NCBI GenBank assembly: GCA_036867785.1
Contig: CP145418.1
Span: 868,001-932,000 of the forward strand
From: Plasmodiophora brassicae
Lineage: Eukaryota
Reading direction: 5' to 3'
Length of the DNA: 64,000 nucleotides
The stretch's first letter is position 1. Every line of letters begins with the position of its first letter. The position numbers were made by a program, and so were the translations under genes. The notes below the pieces were generated by a model. That model was not told where the DNA came from and ran no database searches. It worked only from the letters and a program-made list of their open reading frames with translations. Positions 29,374 through 42,850 of the stretch are shown here, piece after piece.

Positions 29374-32300
29374 ATGGATGCGGCGCCGGGAGCGACGCCG
29401 ACCATCGCCGAGGAGATCGCTGCGGATATTGAGGAGCCGAGCCCATCGTCCGCCGGTATCGGCGCCCAGCAGCAGGCGATCCTATCGCTAGACTGCCGCA
29501 AATGTCACCTGAAGTTCAAGGTCGGTGCACCCGTCTTCGATCGCCGTGCCAGCTGACCGTTTCCATGTAGAAACGCGAGGAACTGGCCAACCACCTAGCC
29601 AATTTCTGCAAGGGCAGCAAGTACGGCGACATTGACCAGCTGAAGCGCGATCTATCGCATACATCGGCGGGCGGGGTCGCCAGCGAATCGCAATCAGCGC
29701 CGTTGTCGTTCGAAGGCGTCCGCGAATTCATCAACAGCGGTATCGGGGCGGTCGGCACCATCACGCTGGCCGACCTGCGCAAACAGATTCGAGGTGATGC
29801 GGCCGCCATGGCCGAGGTCAAGGCCGAGGTCCTGAAGGGACGTGAGAAGGAGCTGCTGGCGAGCCTGCGCGACCTGAAAGAGAAGCACAGCAGGATCATG
29901 GTGAAGCGAATGGAGGAGGAGTCGCGCGTCAAGGAAATGATCGGCGATTTGGACACGCAGCGATCAAACGAGATTCGGGCGCGAATCGAACGCGAACGCG
30001 TCAAGGACGCCCTGAAGCGGATCGATCAAGCGAACCTGCAGGCACTGGAGATCGAGAAGCGCGCTGAGATCGATGAGCTCATCAAGGAGCAGGAGCTCTT
30101 GAAGAAGAAGGAGGCGGAAGCCCTTGCCGAGATCGACAGGCTCGTCAAGCTCATCGCATCCAACAACGCCAACGTGATCAGCGTTCCGACCGAAGCAACG
30201 ACAGCAACGCGTCAAGGTACCATCGGAGAACGCCCTCTGGCGCCCGACGACATTCGCAAGAAATTTGCCACCTCGGGACGGCAGCTGGGTGAGGACGCTG
30301 CCGCCATGCGCCTGTCTCGTGAGCGCATGCTCAAAGAACGCGAAGCCATCGTCGCGAAGCTGGCCGAGATTGCCAACCAAAAGCACGCAGGAACCGGTCG
30401 CAAACCCACCGATCCGGCGACCGGCGTTAAACTCGACGACCACCAGCGGCGCGTCTTGATTGACAAGCTGAAGACGAACCAGGTTCGGTTAGAGACGCCA
30501 CTGTGCTGGGCCCAGCGTTTGACCGTGAATTTGTTAGGCGAGGGAGAGCGCTCGATTGGCGGCACTTCGCGACAAACTGAACTTGGTTCGCGCCGAACAG
30601 GAGCGGGTCCTGTCGAGCCAGGACACGGAAATGAATCGATTACTAGAGGATTCGGTTGCCGACGACCCGACGGACATGGGTCCTGCTGTCTTTGTCCCTT
30701 CGTCACCTGTCCTTGGCAGTGGTCCCGTCGGACTCGGCAATGCCGACCAGGCGATGCCGACGTCGTCCGCAATGGCAACGGCAGCAGAAGCATTATCGCC
30801 GACCAGAACAGCAATGACAGCGGAATCGTTTGCCTCGGGCGAGCGAGATCGACCACAACCGGCCCATACTTCGTCACCGGGTTTGGGCCCGCGTCAGCAA
30901 CGGCATGCTCTGCCCGAAGAAACGTACAACGCAGATCAGCCTGTTGCGACGAATGATGATGACGAAGTCGTGGATAACGAGAAACAGAACCTGTTGGAGG
31001 AGATCGAACGTTTGAGGACGTCGCTTCAGGCGGCGAATTCTCGGTCATCGCCACACCGACGAACGTCATCGGCAACTTCGTCGGCGTCTGCAAGTCCGGG
31101 TCCTTCTGCATCCCGTCGTCGTCCGAGGGAAGCGTTGCAAGCCCCCATGGCGCCTGTCGACGAAAGCGTCCAGGTCGAGGACGCTAGTTTGGGATCTCCA
31201 CGAGACTATCGCGGACCGGCCAGCCAAGGACCAGGTGCGGGTGTGAACCCGTTGCTGGTGACCCAGCTCCAGCAGCAGATGGCGCAAACGCAGCTGATTC
31301 TTCAGCAGCATCAGACCGAAAACACGCGCCTCCAGCAGGAGCTGGGCAGTATCGAGATGTCCAACGAGGTCCAGCGCCTCGATCGGCAACGTCGCGATTT
31401 CGAGGCAACCCTGCGACTAATGACGACGAAACTGGCCCTCCAGGCCGGGTTGGCTTCTGCTTCAGAAGGCGCGCCTGGCCCAGATAGCGTACAGCGCCAT
31501 CGTCTAGGGATGACGTTTCCCGGCGATGTCGTTGGTGATGCAGCGAGAATGCCAGCGCCGGCGGTCGATCTGAGCACGGTGCCCAAGGATTCGGAGCTGT
31601 ACAGATTGGAGATGGAGCACAGGACGAGGCTGCTGCGGGTGCGGTACGAGCGCGAGATCAACGCCGAGCAGCTCGAGCTCGCCAACGTCAAACAGCAGTC
31701 TGAGATGAAGGCGCGCGAGATCGAGGAACAACGACGGCACGAGCAGGCGCTGGCCGACCTGCGGCGGCAGCTCGAGAAGCAACGCCTTCGTCAAGAACTT
31801 GCCATGCAGCTGGTAACGCCTGGCCCATCCATCTTCGCATTGTCAGCATGGACTCACAGAACGTCACGCTTGTAGCCGATGAGCGAGTTCGTTGTCCCCA
31901 AAGGCGACCGCCCCCGTTACGATCCAGTGGTCGGGTTCGCGATCCTGTGGGACTTCATCTACGGCCTGGAGAAGACTGTGGCGTCATGCCGGTTGACGTT
32001 TCAGGTGCTAGATGGTGCATCGCCGAAACGCGACGCGCAGCAGTCGGTCGTGATGGAAACGCAGCCGGACGGTCCTTCTCTGGCCTCGAACCGCCTCTGC
32101 ATGTGCGGGTTCGTGACACACTTCCCGCGTCTACCACCACTTCGCTCCCTGAAAGTCATCGTCGAAGTCCAGGGCAATGTCTCCGGGTCGTCAGGCACCA
32201 GCGTCGGGTGGACCCTCGTCGAACTATTCAACGAAGACGGCGTGCTCTTGTCTGGCTTATGGCGAGCGCCGCTGTACACCGGGCCGATCCGCAAGGAGGT

Positions 32301-35124
32301 CGCGGCCGCCTCCCTGCACTCGTCGTCCATGACGCAGTACAGGCATCCGACCGCCGAACTCTTCTTGCGCGTGATTGCACCCGGCTACGACGCCGACGAT
32401 AACGTGCGCGCCGGCGGTGATCCCAACCTTGTTATGGGGTTGTACAAGCAGGTCGGCAAGGCGCCCGCGTCACATGCCATGTCGTTGGATGGTCCCACTG
32501 CCCAACAGCAGCCCCTACAGCATCTCCAGCGACCACAAACGGACAAACAACAGATGCCAACGCCACGATCTCGGGGCACACCAGCAACGGCTGTATCAGA
32601 ACCGGCGGTTCAGGGTGCGACGCCAGGAGTGGAGCCTGTCACCGGCGCAGGTGGCCCTAACACGCAACTGAAGACCGAACTGGGCATTGTGGTGCGATCC
32701 TGCGACCTGGCAGGCGTAACGTTTGCGCGTGTTCGCGTATCCCTCTACGTCAAGGGCGTGTTGTTGGACAACCCAGCCTGGAAGTGCACGACGCCGATCG
32801 CACAGGTCGGTGCGTCTGGCGCAATGGGCATTATCGCCTGGGAGCGATCTTTCATGTTCGTCGGGTGCCCGAACGATGGCACACTGTCGTTCGCGGTCGA
32901 GGTGATCAAGGTGCCGTCCGCCAGAGACGAGGCATCGGTGGAGTTCGCCCTAACGTCCGACGAGACGGTTGTGGCGTACACGGTCGTTGATGCCGTCAGA
33001 AACGAAACCGTCAACGTCGGCGAGTTCACGGTCCCTATGATGACTCCACCGGTTATTGTTCCGTTCCGGGCCGGGCCGTCACCATTGGGCGATGCGACTC
33101 TCCAGGTGGACGTGTTCGCTGGAGCGGCGAGTTGTCCACAGCTCAAGGCGGTTCCACTTCTGGCTGATGCGACGACGTCGTCGTCAGCACCCTGGATAAA
33201 GGTCGATGCCGGGCCGCCTCCCGATGTCGCATTCGAGCCCGGCGATGGGTTCGACGTCTATGTCGACCAGTGCCGGTTCCTACCAGACAACGTGACCGTT
33301 ACCCGAGCAGTCCTTCAAGTCTGGACATCTGACTTCGGCGTTGGCGTTGGCGAGAGAGCCTTGGCCGTCTGCTCGACAGGTTCACAGGTGCAGCATCCGA
33401 CATTCGGTAAGATGGTGATGTTTGTCCTCCAGCTGCGCGTAACTGAACGTCACCTCAGGAATTCGTAGTGAATATCGAGCGCGCTCGTTCAACCCGACGT
33501 GCACGCTGGAGGTGCAGGTCGAGGCAATCGAGCAAGGGTCGAAACGGCTCAAGGTTGGGTGTATGCGGTCGGCGTTCCCGTGCTCGACGCTAAGAAGCGA
33601 ATGTGTTAGCTTGTCGGTGTTGCCGCCCTGAACGTGTTCGTTACGAAAGGAACACGATCGCAACCCACCGAGGCGCAGACGCAAGAATTTTCATTGAACG
33701 CCGGATCATTCCAGTTGCCGCTACGAGTAGAAACCGTTCGCCCAAAGGATGTTTTCCTGGCATCCTCGTACGACAAGACACCGAAGAGTCAGTACTGAAG
33801 GGGGGCCATGTCGCACGATACGGGCACCAGGGCTGATGGGTTGTTGAACAGTCCCTTGCGCGACCGTCCTGGTCCGGATCATGCCTGCGGCCAAGTCGGC
33901 CGAGCTCGGCGAGGTCATGAGCACGGCGAACGTCCCTGAATCGGAATGGGTCAGTAGAAAGCTGGTCGTCCCGGCGGCCCCGTACCATTCCGGGTACGAA
34001 ACCGCTTGCGAGTCATCGTGTTCTCTTTGCCTGAGTGGTGTATGGAAGAACGTATGATTCAACGCGATGTGAACCGTCAAAGATCGAGCAGCGGTTGTAC
34101 AATATCAGAAGCGCACAGGACGCGATCCACGTGGACGCCATACTGGAGCAAGTGGATCCAGGGGCCAAAGACTTGTCGCAGGAGAACGAGGCCACCGTCA
34201 AGGCATGGATCGAGAACCAGTTCACTGCGCTGTCCAAGAAGATGGGCAGGAATGCTCCCCAGCGTATCGACCTGAAACGATTCGCTAGGTACAACCCAAC
34301 GACGGGCCTCCGAATCGCTATCGACGCTGCCTACAATGTAATCGTTTTCGGTACTTGTAAAGCGTCCCTGACAGATTCGCGCATAGGTCGGGGATGGCGC
34401 TCTTCTCCCGTTCGTCATCTACACGATATCGCCCCCGGGAACGTTTTATGGCGAATACCCGCTGACCGAAGACGTTCAGCTCACTGCACAGTGGGATTGG
34501 GATAGTCTCCTGAAGGCCCCAACCTTCTTGGGCGGGTACACACTGTTCCGTGACGTTAAGTACAGCGAGGTCGCACATTGCATCATCGACGTTCGACTGC
34601 TAAAGCGCGCCAACCAACCCTCCATTCAACCCTTCGGGTGGACCGTCTTGCAATTATTCGACAACGACGGGTACACCAACATGGGGTCGTTTCAGCTCCC
34701 ATTGTTCAAAGGCTTGCCTGACCCTGACATTCTCGAAATGATGAGGGCTGAGCCTGTTGCGAACGTTATCAAGCGGGAAATGTCAAAGGAAGGCAACAAG
34801 AAGCGGAAAGCGGCCAAGAAGCCATTGTTCGAGTTCCTGGAACCATCATCGGCTATGGTTCGCATTGCGGATTCGCTGCTGGAAGACCTGGCGCCAGCCA
34901 AGTTGAGCTGGCGAAGCACCGAGTTGTTATATGCGCCCTGGGAACGTCGTGACAAGTATGAGTTCGACCAGGAGCAGGCGAGCAAGGGTGGCATCTTTGG
35001 CAAGAAGCCGCAGAAGCTCTCGAGCCTCATGTCGACGGACGACCAGTCGTCGGTTAAGGCATTCGAACAGGCGACACTGAAGACGATCGCCACCGAGCTT
35101 AAGATTCTTCATCTCATGCGATAG
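29374..35124 (+). CDS. CCDC17-like protein: N-terminal CxxC..HxxxFC finger, coiled coils, several C2-like domains; multi-exon
   Basis: CRKCHLKFK...LANHLANFC; YDPVVGFAILWDFIYGL; GWTLVELF...LSGLWRAPLY; repeated GW.xL..F..G.FQLPL motifs. Confidence 0.7.
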
Positions 35125-35859
35125 GTCTCTGAATATGCTAACGGTAATCTATTGAGGCCATACATTGTTTGAAATGACCGCGGAGCTCAAATCCGATCTC
35201 GTCCAAGCCATTGGCATCCGCTTCGGGCGGTGCCTGATCCGTAATCGGACCCCGTTTTCTAGAATTCATTGCGGCTGTTGTGATACCTGGAGATATCGGC
35301 CCAACTACCGTAGGGTACTTCTTCTGTACCACTCAGGTTTCTGTTCAAATTTGGATGGCGATGATGAGCCGAAAGGACGCGGCGGCGGCGAACGTGATGA
35401 CGGCCTCAACAGAGAAGAATCGCGCGGTTATGCTACAAGAACGGACCTGCCAGCATGAGATCGGCATTCCAGTGCGCGACGTCAGGGTTCGGCGGTGACG
35501 ACCTGTCGTGCGTGACCCGCCTCGCCCGCTCACAGCACAGGCCTCGGCGCTCACATCAACATGGAACGGCGCGCCGGCCCGTGTGCCCGCCAGAAGGGGA
35601 ACCCCCGTAGCTACCACTCCGCCGACGACATCCGCAAGTTTGGCCTTCGTCGCTCGCGATCGGTCGTCAGTCCGTCTGCGTGTTCAGCCTGGGCTGGCTC
35701 GCATACGTGCCCTAATGGCTGAGCGTGAACAGGAACGTCCTGTCAAGCCGCTGCCCAAGTTCCGGTTTCGCAAGAAACGGGTGCGACCTCTTTCTCCTTT
35801 GAGTCTGTGCGGTGTGCGTCCGTTACCTCGATTGCGACGACCAGCTGCCGGATTTCTTC

Positions 35860-37538
35860 AGCGGCCTCAGGTGTCGGTCTTTGAGTGTGCACCAGTAGAT
35901 GACGACACGCCATGGTATTGCCTCTGTCCGACGAAAGGACATCGTTTCAGATTCCCGCTTTCCTTGGGAATATGTCAGTGGTGCGAGCCCCACTGACATC
36001 ACTCTTCGCCACCATTACTTTCGATGCAAACCCTGTTATTCCCCGAAACCGCTCAGATTGATGTCCTTGAAGAAAACGAACAGGTATGTCTGTGGAACGT
36101 ATTGGCTTACTACCAGCTGACCCATTGATATGCCTTTGTTACGCCAGGCTCTCTTCAGCTTCTATGCAAACATTTGCCCCTCTACGTTGATGCCGTTAAC
36201 GACCTGCCTGAAGACTTTGACCAAACACTGCCGCTACTCGGAGAATTCGTGACGCCCACGCTAACATCACGAGCGTTCGATAGGCTTCTCACAATAATGG
36301 TGAAACCGACCGCGGAATCGAAACGTCAACATCTGAAAGACGTCATACAAGACGTACGTATGCGAATTGACTACCCGTATGACGTATACGTACATCGTGT
36401 TCTTACTGGTGAGGTTTGGTCACAGTTAGACAATCTGCCGGATCCGTCGAGTGCTCTCAAACGAATTATCGACAAATATGGCCAGAAAATCAACGAGTTA
36501 TGTGGTGACGCCGAAGTTAACGACCTCGCGCAGAAATTGGCGCTGTCTCTGATTCGCGCGGGTATTATCTGCCGAGCCTTGGAGTTCCGTGTTTGCCATA
36601 AGGGCCATGTATTTCCTAAGGCCAACAAAAGCACCATCCGGCTGCAATGCTGCCAAGGGAAACCAGCCATTCTTCTATATGCCTCGAGTTTTGCACGTAT
36701 GGATACGGGTTGTTTCTGGATCCTTTAATGATATGTTATACTGTAGATTCAGCAAATGCTGAGGGTTAAATGTCTTGCGTATGCAGCCCATTCCCAGTTG
36801 GCTCGGAATCACGTTGACGAGGAGACGCCCAGGAAGTTCTATGGGGATTGGTGCATCGGTAAAATCTATCGCGGCCTTCTCGTTCCCTTCGCAAAGCAAT
36901 GCAAGCAGAATATGCTGCTCTTGTTGCGACGTATTCGTTTGAACTGATTGTGCACGGTAGGCATTCATGTACACCGATTACAGCATCGACAGCTATAGAC
37001 GCCGAACGGGTGACAAGTGGGTATCCAAGTCTAAGACGCCGGTGCTGTCCACCAACCTGTGTCTTCCCGAGAATGTGCGATGTAGTCGAGGACTTATAAT
37101 GCCTTATGGTCTCATGCCAGAGATCCAAGCAGGCGACGCCGCTGCACGTGCCCGCCACGCGGTTCAAAGTTTGCAACGTTCGCGTTTTGACTGCCTTCAG
37201 TGACTTCCTATTCTGGCAGGATTGACGTCTTCAGGCAGTCAAAGCGCGATCATTGCAAGCAACCTTTGAATCGCGTGGCGAGCTCGTGCAGCGGCGTCGC
37301 CTGCTTGGATCTCTGGCATGAGACCATACAGCATTATATATATAAGTCCTCGACTACATCGCAGATTCTCGGGAAGACAGAGGTTGGTGGACAGCATCGG
37401 CGTCCTAGACGTGGACACCCACTTTGTCACCCGTGCGGCGTCAATAGCTGTCGATGCTGCAATCGGTGTACGTGAATGACCACCGTGCACAATCAGTTCA
37501 AATGAATACGCCGCAACAAGAACAACATATACTGCTTG
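35860..37538 (+). mobile_element. Degenerate CACTA/En-Spm (Tnp2)-like transposase relic ending in a fold-back
   Basis: Broken Cys-rich frames (CHKGH..CC), GDWCIGKIYR, then SIDSY...SKTPVLSTNLCLPENVRC..LIMPYGLMP, resembling the Tnp2 DG..S.WPV...NLP..R...GxxP motif; stops and frameshifts. Confidence 0.5.
36902..37538. repeat. Long inverted repeat, arms about 36902-37196 and 37233-37538, loop about 36 nt
   Basis: ggtctcatgccagagatccaagcaggcgacgccgctgcacg pairs with cgtgcagcggcgtcgcctgcttggatctctggcatgagacc; near-duplicate ORFs on opposite strands. Confidence 0.95.
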
Positions 37539-38063
37539 GTACCCGAATCGCATCTGGAGACGCGGTATCCCTTTTCCAGGACCTATCCCGTTGGCGCATT
37601 TCGGGAACTGCCTTCAGACGTTGATATGTAATGATCACGTATGTAGACTTATGTAGTTGTGCGAAGCATTGCTCGACAGCATGCCACTAAAGTAGTTTGC
37701 GGGGATCAACATTCATCGGCCCGACGTCACGCGAGTTCGATGCTCCCTACGTGGAGGCAGAGATATCTCCCTGCATTCGAGTCGCCTGCGCGGTGCTTAT
37801 CATGGCTCGTGACGTACGCTGCTGCCACGGGAAACCACTTGGCACGGACGTTGCTGCCACGTGGTTTCCTGCCTGCAACGGTGCCAAGGGGATCTCGCGG
37901 AGCTGCGCACTCCGCTCCGGAGCAGGCCAAGCCCGGCCCGCCCGCCGGCGTTCTGCGGCATCCCGAGACCCGAGGCCCGCAGCGCGATCAAATTGTTTGA
38001 ACCGTCGCAGTGGCATCGACCAGAGAACCAGCGTGAAGTCGGCATCCGATCCCTACCGCTGAA

Positions 38064-39364
38064 ATGTCCAACGGCAATCGTGGTCATCGAATAATTGGCT
38101 CGTGGTCGGGTCTTCTTCTGACGGTCGTCCTGGCCGTTGGCATCACCGATGCCGCCACGCTCATATCCGAAGACGGTGCTGAATTCGTAATCGACGACGT
38201 TACACCTCTCGCTCAACATTCTCGCACGATTCAGCGTATGACTGAAGATGTCTTCAACGTCGGCATCGTTCCACTGCCTATCATCGGTAACCATTTACGC
38301 CTGATCGTCGAATTTGTCACTAGCCATTTTCCGTTGGAAAACTATCGGGTGTGTCAGCATACCCTGTTGTTAACCTCGATCCCCTCTGATGACTTCCCTA
38401 ACAGGTTGGAAGTGCAGCCAAATGGGTCTTTAAGAGGCTCCACCAAATTATGGGAAGCGATCCTGCTATGGTGGATCAATTTGTACAAGCCCTTGACTAC
38501 CTGCAGATGCACTCGTTGCCGGTCGCAATGGGATGGATGCTGCGACAAAACCCCGACTGGTTGGGCTGCTCGACAAATCGCCCTGCGTTTCGTGAACGCC
38601 CAGATGCGTACCGCTTAATTGCGGGCCCCATTCGACTTTATCATCTGGCTAAGAAGCTCAGGCACAAGATACGCGAAGCTGAGGATATATGTAACCTTGT
38701 CGTTAGCGGCGGCAACGCCTCGCACATCGACGCCCGGCGATGGCGTTATCGGGGGAACGTCCTGCACAACGCCGCACACGATGGTGAAGAATTCGTTGTC
38801 GAGATGCTTCTGCTTCTGACCGGTTTCAATATCAACGCTCAAGCCCATGAATATCAAGGGCAGACGGCACTACACTACGCAGCCCATGGAGGAGATTCTG
38901 CCATCGTACGGTTGCTACTGCAACAACCCGCTGTTGAAGTCAACACAATGGGCGACGGCAATTGTTACGCTCCTCTGCACCTGGCCAGTACGGTCGACGT
39001 CGTCAGGGAGCTGCTGAAACATCCAGGCATCAACGTTAACATCGCGTCTACCGACCAGGGGCAGTGGACGCCGCTGATATTGGCTGCCCAATATGGTCGT
39101 GACGACATCGTCCAAGAGCTGCTGACGGCACCCACCATCCGCGTCAATCAACCATCGGGCGATTCGTTCTGGTCGAATCGGTGGACTGCCTTGCACTGGG
39201 CCGCCGATCACCGTCATATCAACGTTGTCCAATTGCTGGTGACTGATCCCCGCACTGAGATCAATCCGCGAGATTCACTTGGCCGTACTCCACTTACGCT
39301 TGCTGTGTACAAGGGCAGCTGGGCCGTCGCGTGCATGCTGCTTGACCATGGGGCCATCGTCTGA
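38064..39364 (+). CDS. Secreted SKP1/BTB-like + ankyrin-repeat protein (candidate effector), copy 1; intron 38349-38404
   Basis: Hydrophobic leader LLLTVVLAVGITDA; TLISEDGAEF...SRTIQRM.ED...VPLP...LRLIVEF and ALDYLQM (Skp1-like); ankyrin motifs GQTALHYAA, WTPLILAA, WTALHWAA, GRTPLTLA. Confidence 0.85.
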
Positions 39365-40364
39365 AACACGGTGTGGTCATCAATACAGACGCCGTTGGTA
39401 CACTCAGGGACGTCGTGTCCGTTGGCAGAGAGTGTTGAATGGTGATATGTCTCGATCGTCGTCACCTGATCCGTCGATACTCAGGGGACTATGCCGACGT
39501 CGTGATTCGTGAAGGAGACGCACAGACACCGCAATAGCGTTGTTTTCATTCAATACTTTCTACAGACGGCGCCCGCAACACAACGGTCCTTCAGTTGGAA
39601 ATTGTCGCGCACGGCACGGTTCGGCCACGCAAACCGGCATGGCAAGCTTATTACTGGACCGCTATGTGCTCCTCTTGCGCCGTACGGGCCGGGCCAGTTG
39701 CCTCGGGCAGTTGCCATTGTCAACCCCATTGACTGACGTTACCGTCGATGGACCTGTCGGACGCAACGTGTCTTACAGGCTTTCGGCCTCGAACAAGCGT
39801 AGTACCTCGCCGTAGAGATTATTCATTTACAGGAGCAGGACCAATACACGCCTATAACTCTTCATTGCCTTGCGCTTTTCCAGCGCGGGCGAATACCTCA
39901 GTGATCAGCCGGGTGCGCTCGCAAGGTGGCAACGACGAAATGGGAACACCAGGCGGGATCGCATCGATGACGATCGTCTCCCGGCAAAGCGTCAGATGAC
40001 GGCTCCCTTTGTCAGCCTACAGGACAGCTAGATCAATCGAGACGATCCAGTATGCATAAATTCGCATACAGCCAGTCGATAGCTGCCTGGTGTCTAGGTG
40101 GGCATCACATCCGTCAGAAACGGCCTAATGGCGGCACAAAGCAACGGGTACCGGCGCTAGGCAGGCGGTCATGGACGCGGCGTCACCTGCGCGCGTGGAC
40201 ACGTCGGTCAGCAGACATGACAGCAGGAGTCACTCACAGAGCCGACATTTGATAAGGATCGGCAGAGCTTGACTCTTGGCAGTGACCGTTGTTATTTCAG
40301 GGGGCGCCCGCTCGCTGATCAACTGCAGTCGCGCTGCAACTGCCCGCAGAACTTGTCTCATTCG

Positions 40365-41091
40365 ATGCCCGTCGCTGGCAGCGAACGTTGCCAGGTGCTC
40401 CTGCGGCGGACGCGCGCCCGTGTCAGGTACATTGGCAGCGAGCGCAACCGATTACACGAGGCGGACCCGCTGGATCCTGATGCGCACGGGAACGTAGACG
40501 TCATCGTCGACGCGCAGGTGATACAAACTGTCCAGGGCGGCCCGCATCCGACCGCTTTTGTCACAACTCCGCAATGGGCAGGGTGCCCCGCCTGGCGCTG
40601 CTGGCTCTCGACACGGCCGTCGGTGCCGCCGCCGGGGCCGTCATCGGCGCTGCGGTCCGGTTCGCCATCGACTGGGGCGACGGGTGCGACCGCTGGTTTC
40701 GACCACCGTTTCAATTGGTCGCTTGCTAACGGGGGGTGACCGCGACAGGTTGCAGGCCATGGTGGATGCCGCCAGCATGCACCCTGTAGGGCGAACGGAT
40801 GCGATCGCCGGGACTGGTGACGACTGATGCGTGTCGTAGATCGTTCGGGAAAGGCTGGGGGCGCCGTTGCGGGCGTCGATGTTCTGGGAGGGGACGCACG
40901 ACGACGATGGGGCGTGGGCGACGATACCTGTGTCCGGCAGTCGGTCGCGCGCGCGAGGAACGATACGCGGGCGCTCGATCAAGATCGATGGCACGTGGCA
41001 CGTTGTCGAATTGTCCGGGCAGGTTCCCGGTGAGCACGCCCTGGTTGACCTGGCCGATAATGGGTCTGCATACACAGCAAAGTACAAGTGA
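40365..41091 (+). other. Possible small spliced gene or gene relic, duplicated at about 54450-55180 (-)
   Basis: Coding-like frames RVRYIGSE..VDVIVDAQ and FWEGTHDD..KIDGTWHVVE..YTAKYK* are kept in both arms; structure unresolved. Confidence 0.3.
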
Positions 41092-41229
41092 TGCTCAGAG
41101 GAATGCCCATCCCGTGGTCGCCTCCGTCGTAGGCATCAAGGTCCTGCTGGTCCCCGACCAACGGCTTCATACGACAAGGCTCTGCGTTACTGACGTTTTG
41201 TCTTTATCGACATGGCTGAATGCGTACAT

Positions 41230-42850
41230 TCAAACTCGTCCTGCCTGCAGGTCGTCCCTGCCGTTGGTCCCTCGTTGGGTTTGCGAATGTTCCCCAACTT
41301 GGGTCGTGCTGCTCGCCTGTGCAGTGACCAGGCCTCCGGCTGTGCTCTCCCAAACCGTTTCAGGGTTGCCTGGAGTGGTTGGCCTGCTTTCGAAGGTGGT
41401 GTCCAGGACGTGTCGTAGTGAGCGTATGGTTAGGCCCAGTGCTGGCGACTGTACGCCCAGACCCACCTGCGATACCGTTTCGCCTATGCTGGCGCATGGT
41501 CCGTTTGGCGGATGTACTGAGAACACGGTCGTTATCGAGATACAGTTGAGGATCTCCACGATGGCCGTCATTGCTGCGACGTAGGCCCTTACAGACGATG
41601 AGGCCTGCAGGATGCCGACGGTCGTCGCGAAGAGCAATAGCGAGGCGACCAGGGACGCGAACCGGAGAATGAACGAGACCCGTTTCGATCGAATGTCCTT
41701 GGGCACCTCAGACAAGGGCTCCGACAGCAACATGAGGACCATGCGACTGCCGAAGAAGAGGAACGCGGTCAGTATGGGGATCATGAAGGCGCAGGCGATC
41801 TCGGCGTCGTTGATCCAGAGAGCAACGTTGGCGAACTTCGATTGTGCCAGCTCGGATAGGCTGCTGCCAATTGCGATGGCGGTGAACAGGGCCGTTAGAC
41901 ATGTCATGCCGACCTCGACGAGGCGGATCTCAATGATGTTGATCGCGAAGCATGCCTGGTAGTGCCGGCAGATTCCGATTGCCAGGGCGGAGAACGACAC
42001 GAAGACAGCCATAATCTGTACCGTGCTTAGGGCGCGGAACACGGGAAACGAGAAGCCCTGCAATTGCAACGCGGCCGCGTTGACCATGAACGCGGACCGT
42101 GTCGCGTCACCAACCAAGGCCCAGAACAAGACGAAGACGGCGTTGGCGTTGAACTCGACCTTGTGGCGCTTCGTCATGCTGATATACATGAACAGGCGGT
42201 ACAGACCGGCAACGACGTTGGCGGCGCTGTGCACTGCGACCAGGTAGGCGGTGCCTTTTAGACATGTGGATTGCATGACGTCTTTGAAATCGTTGCCCGG
42301 GCTGGACTGGACCTGCAGGTGGGAATATGTCGTCGAGTCGCTCTGCAGCAATTGCCGGCGTATGAAGTCGCAGGATTCGCTGTCTGTGGACACAACGTTG
42401 CCCATCGTGAACGGACGATTCCGCCACCACGCCACCCAGGCCATGCCCGAGCGCTATCCAGTTCAACGTAAGCCGTTCGGTGTCTCCATACGAATCCACG
42501 TCACTAACGAGGAGCGGATGCTGGTCCATGCAGAACACCAGGGCGGCACACCGCTGCCGTTCACAGTAGCTGACCTGGTCGACAAGCCTGCAGGTGGACG
42601 TCAAGCTCTCGTAGAACAAGACGACGACGCCGGTCGCGTTGGCCAAGTCGGTGCTCGGGCACTGCGCGCTGCTGACGTGGGTGGCCAGGCGAGCGGTCTC
42701 GTTAAACGGATACCCGGCGAACGCGAAATACGGCGCGTCGAACTCGACCGGGTCGGCCCCGTTCTTCGCCGGCAGCAAAGTGATCGACGCTGCCGCCGTC
42801 GCCGCCAGTACGCCCGCCAACGAGAGCACCCACCAAGGTTTTACTTGCAT
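41230..42850 (-). CDS. Signal peptide + PA-like ectodomain + 7TM receptor-like protein; one intron at about 42454-42508
   Basis: MQVKPWWVLSLAGVLAATAAA; TGVVVLF...C...QRCAALVF; seven hydrophobic segments and a Ser/Thr-rich tail. Confidence 0.7.

Larger units (their letters stand above)
37899..41935 (+). repeat. Left arm of ~4 kb inverted segmental duplication
   Basis: Reverse complement of 53613-57890; ORF pairs nearly identical, e.g. 38450..39364(+) vs 56177..57091(-). Confidence 0.97.
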
